Origin: Bacteroidales bacterium
GTDB taxonomy: Bacteria; Bacteroidota; Bacteroidia; Bacteroidales; NBLH01
Assembly: GCA_050291445.1 (NCBI GenBank)
Contig: JBNKJW010000196.1
Location: forward strand, 3,615-67,614
Direction of reading: 5' to 3'
Length of the DNA: 64,000 bases
Shown here: in pieces, positions 26,514 through 35,400 of the stretch
Layout of the letters: every line of letters begins with the position of its first letter
Numbering within the stretch: position 1 is the first letter of the stretch
The notes under the pieces: model-generated
What the model was told of the DNA's origin: nothing
Databases searched by the model: none
Seen by the model: the letters and a program-made list of their open reading frames with translations, nothing else
Translations under genes and position numbers: made by a program

Positions 26514-26805
26514 TGGGCCTGCTGAAAAAGTCAGAGGTACATTAGCTACAACTTAGCGAAGCGATATCTTCGACCAAAGGGAGAAAACTTAGCAAAGCGA
26601 AGATGTATATGAATACTTCGAGCTGAAGCTAATGAAGTAGATGATGTGCCTCTGGCTAGGATTATAATCATTAGTTTTTTGTTACTTGAAGATAAAGTTA
26701 ATGCAAGGAAAAATTACTATTTTTTTTTAAACCTTTGCACTTTCTTGCCACTTTTTTCATGTAAATATTTAATTTTAACAGGCTTAGGCGTTTTTCAGTG
26801 AGCCC
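26514..26805 (+). repeat. Mosaic structured repeat, copy B (left module as in copy A, right module as in copy C)
   Basis: The arms are GGGCCTGCTGAAAAA (26515-26529) and TTTTTCAGTGAGCCC (26791-26805). The hairpin is GTCAGAGGTACAT (26530-26542) with ATGTGCCTCTGGC (26644-26656). The right ~150 nt (26657-26805) are ~85-90 % identical by eye to 50588-50736. TAACAT occurs on both flanks (26508-26513, 26806-26811). Confidence 0.8.
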
Positions 26806-26944
26806 TAACATACTGTTTTAAGTTTTGATAGTGGTAAACAACGGCCTAAGCAATTTTTTTTAAGATTATGCGGTAGTTTACACCTTTGACTATTTTTTTT
26901 ATATAACAGATTGCCTCATCCTCGTACCTCGTTTTCGCAATGTA

Positions 26945-26986
26945 TCATTACTCGCTTCGCTCCCCGATGCTCGGGGCGGGCAATGA
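26945..26986. other. GC-rich stem-loop in an otherwise AT-rich spacer
   Basis: TCATTACTCG (26945-26954) pairs with CGGGCAATGA (26977-26986) at 9/10. This encloses the hairpin CCCCGA-TGC-TCGGGG (26962-26976). No U-tract follows on either strand. Confidence 0.55.
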
Positions 26987-27083
26987 GAGAAGTTCCGAGA
27001 AGGTACAACGAACGAACTCCAAAGGGCTCTGCGTAGCTAACCTTTTTTTATCTGGTTGCACATTCAATAAAAAAACGGTGAGG

Positions 27084-29009
27084 TTATTCACTTTCTTTAC
27101 ATTTGCATTTATTGTTTGAATTTCTGCATAAATTGGCAAAACCTGTCTGTAACCTCCTGATATAGGCTTCGAGTTGGGCGTTTTGTGCAGATAATTGAAT
27201 AATATTAAGTTGTTTACTGTCTTGTTTTATTGTTTCACGCGTTTTGTCAATCACTTCAAGTAAGTTTTTCAACTCAATGGATACCAGCTCGTTATAGGTA
27301 GATGTACTATCTGTCAACATACTTAGTTCCAGGCATTTTTTCTTTTCTAAAACATCAAACAAAACATTGATGGTTTTTTGTTTTATTTCTTCGTTTTTTA
27401 ATGTGAGCTTGTTTTTTTCATTGGCCTGGTACCTTAGGTTATAATTGTTAATTGCTTTTGAAAGCTCATCTTTACACTTTTTACAATAGGTGTTGCCCGA
27501 TTGGTTTTCTATTTTTTCTTTTTCAACCAAACCTGTTTCGTTTGTTGCAAGCTGGTTTACATTGGCAATAATGGGAGCATAAACTTTTTGATGCAATTTA
27601 TTTTCTTTGCTGTAAATTAATTGTTTTAGTTCTTTAACCAATTCACTTTTTTGTTCGTCATCTGGTATTTTAACCGAATATAACAGGCGCAGGTTGTTTT
27701 CTTCTGCTTTTGCATCCCATTTTTTGGCCAATTTCGCACTTTCAATCAGTTCTGCAACTTCTTTGATGTTGGTCAATGAGTTTTTTTCATTTAAATACAA
27801 TCCGGCGTTAGTAATTACCGATTCGTATTTGGGCAAAAATTCGTTTTCAAATTCAGGATTTCCATAGTATTGCAACATTCTTAACTGCTTTGTTTTTAGC
27901 AGGTCGCGGTATATTTTTAAAATCACAAAGTGGTTCTTTGAATAATCGTTTGTAATGTGGTTTTTTAAATTTAATTTGTAATTACTGATGTTTAGTTTTA
28001 AATCGGCAAAAATCTCCAGAAACTCAATTAATTTCAGCTCCTGATCATAAGTTGTTTTATTGATTAATTCATTCTGAAAAGCGTTTTGGATTTTTAATTT
28101 TCGCTGGTTTAAATAGTCAAAGTTAATTTGGTCACCAATCACCAATTGCGAGTTGTACCGTGATTTATAATTGGCAATTACAATCATTGGGTATTTTTTG
28201 TATCTCACCAATTTGCCTAATACTTCCTGGTTAATTTCTGGGTTCTCAGTTGTATCAACATAATATTTTAACGAGTTGGCTATAATATTCACTTTGGTCA
28301 TGGTAGAGGGGGCAAACACAAAAATGTTTACCGAGTGCAGGCGCTTGTCAAATTCCTGACCTTCGTAAAGACGGATGGTTGAGCTAAATTTATATTGCTT
28401 GCCGGTTGTTTTGCTTTCAATGTATTTTCCCAATTCGCCAATTAAATCAAGGATAGCAATATTGGGTTTTGAAAAAGTGGACAGGTTTTGTAATTGCTTG
28501 CCAATGAGTTTCAAAAATTCATTGGTGTTTTTTTTTGTAATTGCCTCACCGCTAATTTCTGCATCAATTACTTCGTTTGATTCATTCAAAGGCAGGTTAT
28601 CAATTAACCTCACCACTTCAATGTTACCGGTTTCAACGGTGGTGAAATCTTTGCCTTCAGAAACTTTGAAATTATAGATTGGGTAAACTACATCGCCGCC
28701 AAAAAACCTGAGATTCTTAATTTTTGCCTTAATAAATAAAGATTGAAGCTCTTCGCGGCCAATTTTCTTATTTTTTCGTTTCCCGCTGGAGTTTAATGAG
28801 GCTATATCGTTTAATAAATTACTGAACTTTTGTGCATTGAGTAGGTAAAGGTCGCTTGAAAGGTATTGCCACTCCTGGCTAAAGGGATAATTGCTTTTTT
28901 GCTTTAAAGCGGTGATGGTTTTAATGGTGGTTTGTGCGCTAATTTGCTGGTAAATAGTTGATAATACCGCAATACTTATTACTACAATTAAACTTTTTGC
29001 CCTTATCAT
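27084..29009 (-). CDS. Hypothetical secreted protein, Lys/Asn-rich with long predicted coiled-coil regions
   Basis: 641-aa ORF with a signal peptide (VVISIAVLSTIYQQISAQ). It has a Cys-containing C-terminus (CKKCKDEL...CRNSNNKCKCKESE). I recognise no family. Confidence 0.55.
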   Translation of the reverse strand: MIRAKSLIVVISIAVLSTIYQQISAQTTIKTITALKQKSNYPFSQEWQYLSSDLYLLNAQKFSNLLNDIASLNSSGKRKNKKIGREELQSLFIKAKIKNLRFFGGDVVYPIYNFKVSEGKDFTTVETGNIEVVRLIDNLPLNESNEVIDAEISGEAITKKNTNEFLKLIGKQLQNLSTFSKPNIAILDLIGELGKYIESKTTGKQYKFSSTIRLYEGQEFDKRLHSVNIFVFAPSTMTKVNIIANSLKYYVDTTENPEINQEVLGKLVRYKKYPMIVIANYKSRYNSQLVIGDQINFDYLNQRKLKIQNAFQNELINKTTYDQELKLIEFLEIFADLKLNISNYKLNLKNHITNDYSKNHFVILKIYRDLLKTKQLRMLQYYGNPEFENEFLPKYESVITNAGLYLNEKNSLTNIKEVAELIESAKLAKKWDAKAEENNLRLLYSVKIPDDEQKSELVKELKQLIYSKENKLHQKVYAPIIANVNQLATNETGLVEKEKIENQSGNTYCKKCKDELSKAINNYNLRYQANEKNKLTLKNEEIKQKTINVLFDVLEKKKCLELSMLTDSTSTYNELVSIELKNLLEVIDKTRETIKQDSKQLNIIQLSAQNAQLEAYIRRLQTGFANLCRNSNNKCKCKESE

Positions 29010-29191
29010 TTGTGCTGATTTTGATTTTTACTGAAAGATGAATACAAAGTTAATTAATCTTCAAAAATTGAAAAGCAAAGCTTTAATCTTTAATATTTTA
29101 TAACATTTGCAGTAAAAATGTGCTAAATTCTGGTGCAGATTAAGTCTCCCACTTCACTAAGGATGACAGGTTGATTAGATTGAACAGCGGG

Positions 29192-29704
29192 TTATGCTAG
29201 TGCTTCTTCTTTGGTTTCTTCAAAGTCCTCTTCTAGATCATAGGCTGCAAGTTTGTTTACTTCTATTAGTGTGCTTGAAATGTAACTGTTAAAACGGTAA
29301 ATAGCAATAAGGTAGTTGACTCCATACAGCAACCAGATAATTATAAAAACCAAAAGACTTAATTGAGGTTCAAACTTTAAAGTAAATATTGGAATAATGG
29401 TAAACAGTAGGGCAATTACAAGGGCTTCGTTAAAATTTACTTTGTGTTCAATATAGGGTTCACCATCAATGGTTAAAAATCGTATCTTTCCATGGGTAAT
29501 GTTGTTAAAAACGTCCCAGCCATTCCAAACAAACCTAAAGATGCTTCCTTTAAAGGTAAGTGTTCTTCTATCTTGCTCTGTGTGAAATACATATGATTCC
29601 TTTAGCCGTTCTTTTACTTTTGTAAAAAACGTTTCGGCATAATGATCAATGTCTTCATTAATGATAATTTGATCAGTACGTCCGTGGCTGCTAATGGTTT
29701 TCAT
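29192..29704 (-). CDS. Hypothetical membrane protein
   Basis: 170-aa ORF with a soluble N-terminal ~90 aa. This is followed by two TM helices (ALVIALLFTIIPIFTL; LSLLVFIIIWLLYGVNYLIAIY) and an acidic tail. Confidence 0.5.
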   Translation of the reverse strand: MKTISSHGRTDQIIINEDIDHYAETFFTKVKERLKESYVFHTEQDRRTLTFKGSIFRFVWNGWDVFNNITHGKIRFLTIDGEPYIEHKVNFNEALVIALLFTIIPIFTLKFEPQLSLLVFIIIWLLYGVNYLIAIYRFNSYISSTLIEVNKLAAYDLEEDFEETKEEALA

Positions 29705-29890
29705 ACTTGAGTATTGAATATAGATGCAAATTTAATTAAATAAGGTTGATTTCAAAAGTAGATGTTTTTTAATACACTGATTTATTATGATTATGATGGA
29801 TTAGGGGACGCGGATTTGACTGATTGGGGCGGATATGATGGACTAATTCAATAAGTGAACATTTCAAAGTGTTTATTTAATTGACATAAA

Positions 29891-30883
29891 TTATTCAATA
29901 CTTTTTAAAAACTCTTTAATATCAATACTTTTTGTAACATCTCCCGGCTCCATCATTGCATCATATGAAATGGTGCCTATAATGTCGAAGAGAGGAACAC
30001 TTTCTGCCGGAATAAATAGCGCCGAGCTTGAACCATATTTATTCTTTGACTCCCAAAGGGCTATTCCCCTTTTTTTATCAATAATGCATATGTTTAGTTC
30101 CGAAATTGTTGAGTTGTAAGGTTCATACAGTTTTAAATGGTATTGGCCATTAACCAAAGTTGCTTCTTTAATTACCTTTGTGTAGGGGCCACCCATTTCA
30201 AATTCAGTAAATGTGCTATCAGTTAGGTAAAATCTGGTGTTATACTCAATGCTACGGTGTAAAACCAATTTTCCATTATATTGGCGCAATGATAGCCATT
30301 TTTTAGGTAATTTTATTGGGATAAGCGATTGTTCCCGTCCTTTTTTAATATCATAATAGGAAGGATACATGCTCTTGTATTCAGATATATGATAAGTGAA
30401 ATCAGATAAAATATTTTTACTCTCGTTCCAATGTTTCTTATCAAGAAATGTAAGATATTCCTGTTGGTAATCTTCTTCAAGAATATGTCGTATAATAAAG
30501 CAAGAATCATCATGTTTGGGTTTTAGAAATTTACATTTTACTTTAGGTTGTACTTTTAGTAAGGAATAATAATTGTTTTTCCCCTCAGAAGTATCTTGTT
30601 TTGAGACATATTCTATTTGACACTTTGTTTTTGCAATAGGCAATACGATACTATTAGCTATTTCTGTAAACGAAATGCTGTTGCCATCTTCTAAAATAAA
30701 AGTAGCATTTACAGAATCGTTGTTCTTTGAATAACTTTTAAATTCAGCTTCGCTTGCTTTGATTTCTGGAATTATCTTTTCCTTAGTTGGTTCAATTTTG
30801 TTAGCATTCTTTTCATAAGGTTCATTAGAACAAGATACAATGAAAAGGGTTGTCGCAGTCAACAAGAAATAAAGTCTTTTCAT
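29891..30883 (-). CDS. Hypothetical lipoprotein
   Basis: 330-aa ORF with a lipobox (TLFIVSCS). I recognise no family. Confidence 0.5.
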   Translation of the reverse strand: MKRLYFLLTATTLFIVSCSNEPYEKNANKIEPTKEKIIPEIKASEAEFKSYSKNNDSVNATFILEDGNSISFTEIANSIVLPIAKTKCQIEYVSKQDTSEGKNNYYSLLKVQPKVKCKFLKPKHDDSCFIIRHILEEDYQQEYLTFLDKKHWNESKNILSDFTYHISEYKSMYPSYYDIKKGREQSLIPIKLPKKWLSLRQYNGKLVLHRSIEYNTRFYLTDSTFTEFEMGGPYTKVIKEATLVNGQYHLKLYEPYNSTISELNICIIDKKRGIALWESKNKYGSSSALFIPAESVPLFDIIGTISYDAMMEPGDVTKSIDIKEFLKSIE

Positions 30884-30951
30884 TTTTTTACTTTGTCAGA
30901 TTGTGTAAGTGTCATATAATAAGGTGATTACCGCTTATTTTCTTATTGAAA

Positions 30952-31407
30952 TTAAAAAAGCTCCCAGTTTTGCACTTCAACAATGTTTCCTTCCGGATCA
31001 GTTGTATATACAAAAGTTAATTTGCCATTAGGGAAATCCTTTGTTACTATTTCGCCTAATTTTGTTCCGCCATTTTTGATGATTTTTTCCAGTATTTCTT
31101 CCATATTATCTACATGAAAGGCAATGTGTCCAAAACCTTCTCTGTTTGCTTTTGCCGTAAGTACCTTGTTTTTATTTTCTGAGTATTGGAAAATTTCTAA
31201 AGTTGGGCCGTTTTTATCAAAACCAGGCAAGCGGAGGTGTACACCGTTTAATTTTGCATTTTTTACTCCTGTTCCTTTTTCTATCCAATCACCCGATAAA
31301 TTTCTTTCAGGAGGTAGAACAGTACATTCAAAAACATTTACGTAAAAATTAACCAGGTTTTTCCAGTTTTTGCTTACAATATTGGTATGGACATATTTTA
31401 CCGGCAT
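30952..31407 (-). CDS. VOC (glyoxalase/bleomycin-resistance/dioxygenase) family protein
   Basis: 151-aa ORF. HTNIVSKNWKNLVNFYVNVF...GFGHIAFHVDNMEE...DPEGNIVEV shows the typical paired beta-alpha-beta-beta-beta VOC pattern. Confidence 0.8.
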   Translation of the reverse strand: MPVKYVHTNIVSKNWKNLVNFYVNVFECTVLPPERNLSGDWIEKGTGVKNAKLNGVHLRLPGFDKNGPTLEIFQYSENKNKVLTAKANREGFGHIAFHVDNMEEILEKIIKNGGTKLGEIVTKDFPNGKLTFVYTTDPEGNIVEVQNWELF

Positions 31408-31418
31408 AACACTTTTAG

Positions 31419-32123
31419 TTAAAATGGCAGGCTGGTAACTCCATCAAGGGCATAGGTTTTTTCTTTCATCCATTTGGCCCACTCAGCAGGTCTTTTTTTA
31501 GGAGTGAAAGTCTCCCAGCTTACTGGTTTTCCAAACTTTACATTAATTGTACTTCCCTGGTGTTTCATGGCCTCATCAATAAGGTAAAGCATTTCAATAT
31601 TGGCTTTTATGCCCAGTTTTTTTCTCAGGTTGGCCAGGTTGTAGAAAAAATTGGAGTTTTTCCCACCCATGTGAATCGGTATAATATCTCTTTTGTATTG
31701 CCTGGCTTTGTTAATAAAGCTTTTATGCCACTCTAAATCAACTATTTGTCCTTTTATTTTGCGGCTTACCAAACCTGCAGGAAAGGTCAATATTTGGGCA
31801 TCTGACTTAAATGCTTCGTCCAATTGCTTTGCCAGTTCAACACCTTGTCGGCCATGTTTGTTTACAGGTATGAACACTCCATGCAGGTTTTTGAGTTTCA
31901 TTAGCAAGTCGTTAACAAGAAATTTGTAGGAGCCGTACTTATGCCCAATTAAATACATGATAATGTGCCCATCAAAACCTCCCAGCGGATGGTTAGATGC
32001 AAACAGGTAGCGACCTTGTTCCGGAAGGTTTTCTTCTCCTTCAACATTTATGTTTACTCCAAACCTTTTAATAATAGCTGTAGAAAAATCCAGCCCTTCC
32101 AGGTGACCAATGTCGCGAATCAT
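31419..32123 (-). CDS. Lysophospholipid/glycerol acyltransferase family protein (5' end displaced by a homopolymer frameshift)
   Basis: 234-aa ORF with the SNHPLGGFDG acyltransferase motif and FPAGLVSR. The reading frame stays open upstream to 32268 without a start codon. An ATG at 32266 (MEKTQKK) is one nucleotide out of frame across a T8 run (32246-32253). Confidence 0.75.
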   Translation of the reverse strand: MIRDIGHLEGLDFSTAIIKRFGVNINVEGEENLPEQGRYLFASNHPLGGFDGHIIMYLIGHKYGSYKFLVNDLLMKLKNLHGVFIPVNKHGRQGVELAKQLDEAFKSDAQILTFPAGLVSRKIKGQIVDLEWHKSFINKARQYKRDIIPIHMGGKNSNFFYNLANLRKKLGIKANIEMLYLIDEAMKHQGSTINVKFGKPVSWETFTPKKRPAEWAKWMKEKTYALDGVTSLPF

Positions 32124-32413
32124 TTCATTAAGGGCTTTCTCATGGGTAATTCGTTTCAGGTATTTAAAAACGAACCAAGGGATCCATCTTGCAACTTTAG
32201 GGCTTTTTGAATAAAAAACTTTTTTTATGTCTATCTCTTCAAGTATTTTTTTTGAGTTTTCTCCATTTCAGCAAGTGGGTTAAAAATTGCCTGTAAATAT
32301 AATGATTATTTAATTGGGAGCTGTGGTTTCAGAAATCGTTTATTGGTTGGCGTGCAAGCCTAAAGCTCTAACTAATTAAAAGAGGGTGGTATATTCTACA
32401 TTGAACCTAGTTT

Positions 32414-35400
32414 TTAATCTCGACCAAAACTTCCTCGTGCTTTTTCTATTTGTGGAATAATACCCTCATTCTCCGGCTTCAAAAACGCAACATCAGTTGC
32501 CGGTTTTTTATTTTTCCGCTTTCCTTTTTTTTCCTGGCGTTCTTCTTTTTTTCTGTATTTTTCCTGGTCTTTTAGTTCCTGTTCAATTTGCTTATCATAT
32601 ACTTTTTGCGATTTCTTGGTTAGGCGGTAGTTCTTTTTATTGTCTTTTTTGCTCAACTTGCTCGAATCTTTTTCAATTTTAAGCCGTTCTTTTAGTTGTT
32701 TCGACTTAAAACCGAGGGTTGATTGCATCCCACTTAGCAACGAAAAGGTCCAATAGTTGAATATGGAACGGTAAGGATTCCGCTCAAAGTAAACCCGCCC
32801 TTTTTTTGGGCCGATGGCTTTTCGCCTGGGGTTTTTGTCGCGGACAATTGAATTGGCTACCATAGAAAACAAACCGCGTTTTTCAACCACTAGCGAATCT
32901 GATTTCTTTTTGCTCAACAAACCAAGTTTTAAATCATCATAAAGCATTATTAATTTCCCGGTTGAATAATCTTCGTTAGCTACCACGTTAAAATCAAGGC
33001 TGTTAATTGTTCCATCCTGAATGGTGACAAACAAAAGGTTCTCCAGCAAGGGGTTTACAGAACTCATGTTGAAGGTATCCAGATGGCCCCCGTAAACATA
33101 TTCGCCATATTTTGAAGCAATAGGAAAGTGGAACGAAGAGGTTAAAAGTGCCTCATCCATTAAATAAGCACTTGCCTTAATTTTTGTATCTTCTTCGTTC
33201 GCAATTGCTAGTGAGTCGTTTGTGAGGTTTAACATTTCAATATTCACGCGGGTAAAGTCCAGAAAACCATCTTCCATGGCGTTTTTTCCTAAAATATCAT
33301 GTCCAATGTAGGAGTTGGTTATTTTTAACGTATCTATCTTTATTCTGTTTTTGGCTTTCCAAATATAATTTAGGGGCAAAGCTATTTTTTGCACCGAATC
33401 CATTGAGTATTGCTTGTATTTATATGCATGAAATTGTACCCTGTCAAGGTTTATCCTGTCTGCTATGAACTCTCTGTTGTCTAAAAAGCGGTGAAAATCG
33501 ACATTTTCTGCTTTTAGCTCAGAGGTTTTTAAATAACTAAGGTTGATTTCTTTTTGTCGTAAATCAGCATATTCTTGTCGTCCATAATTTGGGTTTAAAA
33601 AAATCCCTTTGGCAAAAACAGATTTTTTTCCAGTTGAAAATCCTAAGTCTTTTATAGTCAGGTGGTAAAGGCTGTCAGAGAAGTTTAAACTTTGGTTTTT
33701 TATGTTGAGCGAAATATCATCAGCACTAAGCAATCGTCCGTCATTTTGATGCAGAGAGTCAATTATTAGCCCGCTAATGTTAGCAAACAGCTGGCCTAAC
33801 AACCTGTTGGTTGACTTGAAACCATCTATTGTATGGTAGTTTAGGCTTGCATTATTAGCATTGATATGATTCAAATTGACAGCTCTGAAACTTTTTCTTA
33901 TTTTTTCGTATAAATTCAGTTGTGAAATTTTAGCCATTGTACCTGACAGTCTTTTGTTAACCGAAATTGTAATCTGAGGCTCTTCAAGGTATATTTTGTC
34001 TGACAGAATTGTTCGGTCAGTAATTAAATTTCCTAACTCAAAACCATCGAATGATAGTTCAGGAATAATCAACTCTTCAAGTGATGTGCGTTTTTTTTGT
34101 CTGCCAGGTGAATGGTCTGAGGTGAATGCGAAATTTTGGGCTGTAATTTGCTTTTTGTTAGTGTTTAGCACCAGCGTGTCCAAATCAATAAAATGAAGGC
34201 TGTCTGGCAATTGAAAATGTGTTTCGGTCAATAATAATTGTGCATCAAGCGTTGAGAATATTTCTTTAGGGTTGGCTAAAACAAAGGTGTCCAATTCAAG
34301 GTTTTTGATGCTTAAATTTAGTTTGGTGTGCGATGTGAGTTTCTCCAGGTTAAAACTCTCTTTAAGGATGCCAAATACCCCGTCTTTTATATTGATTTCG
34401 TTAAATTTAATGCTGGCAATGTTCATAGCCTTCCGCACACTGTCGGTTTTGGTAAGCAATGGAGTTGTGTTTTCTTTTTTAGTATTTTTTTTGGTCAAAG
34501 CTAGTGATGGGTTTTCAATGGTGAGTTTTCCCAGGTTTATGATGTCTTTGTCAATCAGGTCATTTATTTTTATCCCCCTGCTTTCAACAGTAGGGGCATA
34601 AAAGCTAAATAACTGCCTGCCCTTGTCCGAATTTTCATAGCTTTTTGTAGGGAATAGCCTTACCACACTTGCTGTTAATATTGAATCGCGAGATGAGAAC
34701 CTTGCGCGTTTAAATTTGAGTTGATAGTTTTTTTGAAATAGTTTGCCAAAATAATCAGTAATGCGGAATGAAAAATTGTCGGAATAGGAAATTTGTTCTT
34801 TAGCAGCTTGTGCAATAGGATTGAAATAAAATTTATTTATGCGGGCACTTAATTTGCCCTTCATTACTAAATCTGTTCGACCTGTACTGTCAAAATCAGT
34901 AACTTTTATATTGGCATTGTCAATGTTAAATGTATTTAAATTAACACGCTTAAAGTAGCTGCTTATCAGTCTTTTAAAAGTACTTGCATTGGAGGAGTCG
35001 CTGACTGAATGGTTTTTTCTTTTAGCTGAAGTTCGTGAAGTTTTTTCAAAATTTCTTTTTGGGCTCTGGTTATTAAAAATTTTAATATTTGGGCGCAGCA
35101 ACGAAATCGATTTTGCCGAAAAGTTACTATCGTTATATGCTTTGTTGATATCTATACCTCTAATGTAGGCTTGTATTAAATCAATATCATAAATTTTATT
35201 TTCGGTGATCAGCTTTAGCTCTGTATTTTTGTCTTTAGGGAAGATTTTAAACCCTGCCACTTCAACAAGCGAATCGATGGTGGAAATTTCTACCGATTTT
35301 GCTTTAAGTACATGAACTTTGTCTTTTAAATCCTGCTGGAAGTTATTCAGTACTAATTTAAATTGGTCGGAATAAAACAGAGGGCTTTTATCATTTGCAA

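Larger units (their letters stand above)
26153..26855. repeat. Long-range inverted repeat pair bracketing ~650 bp of the non-coding region
   Basis: The left arm is AATGTTTAGGACTTGTTTACCACTA (26153-26177) and the right arm is TAGTGGTAAACAACGGCCTAAGCAATT (26829-26855). The 13-bp core TTGTTTACCACTA / TAGTGGTAAACAA is perfect, and the flanking TTAGG / CCTAA extension is imperfect. Confidence 0.7.

Noticed and set aside
26350-26556. 68-aa ORF in the structured intergenic region, together with the 63-aa ORF at 26948..27139.
   Set aside because: Both run straight through inverted-repeat arms and the repeat-element hairpin. Their composition (Cys/Arg/Phe-rich) is unlike the local proteins. Neither has a plausible start context. 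I treat them as non-coding.
26530-26656. C/D-box-like words in the long hairpin of the repeat: GATGATG near the 3' arm and CTGA in the arms.
   Set aside because: Box C/D sRNAs are archaeal or eukaryotic, and the spacing and guide architecture are not evident. These short words are expected by chance in a 125-nt AT-rich hairpin.
26729-26780. Possible Bacteroidota promoter in the right module of the repeat, with TTTG in CCTTTGCAC as -33 and TAAATATT/TAATTTTA as -7.
   Set aside because: The spacing (23-31 nt) and -7 matches (TAnnTTTG met at only 6-7 of 8 positions) are poor. They are also inconsistent among the three copies.
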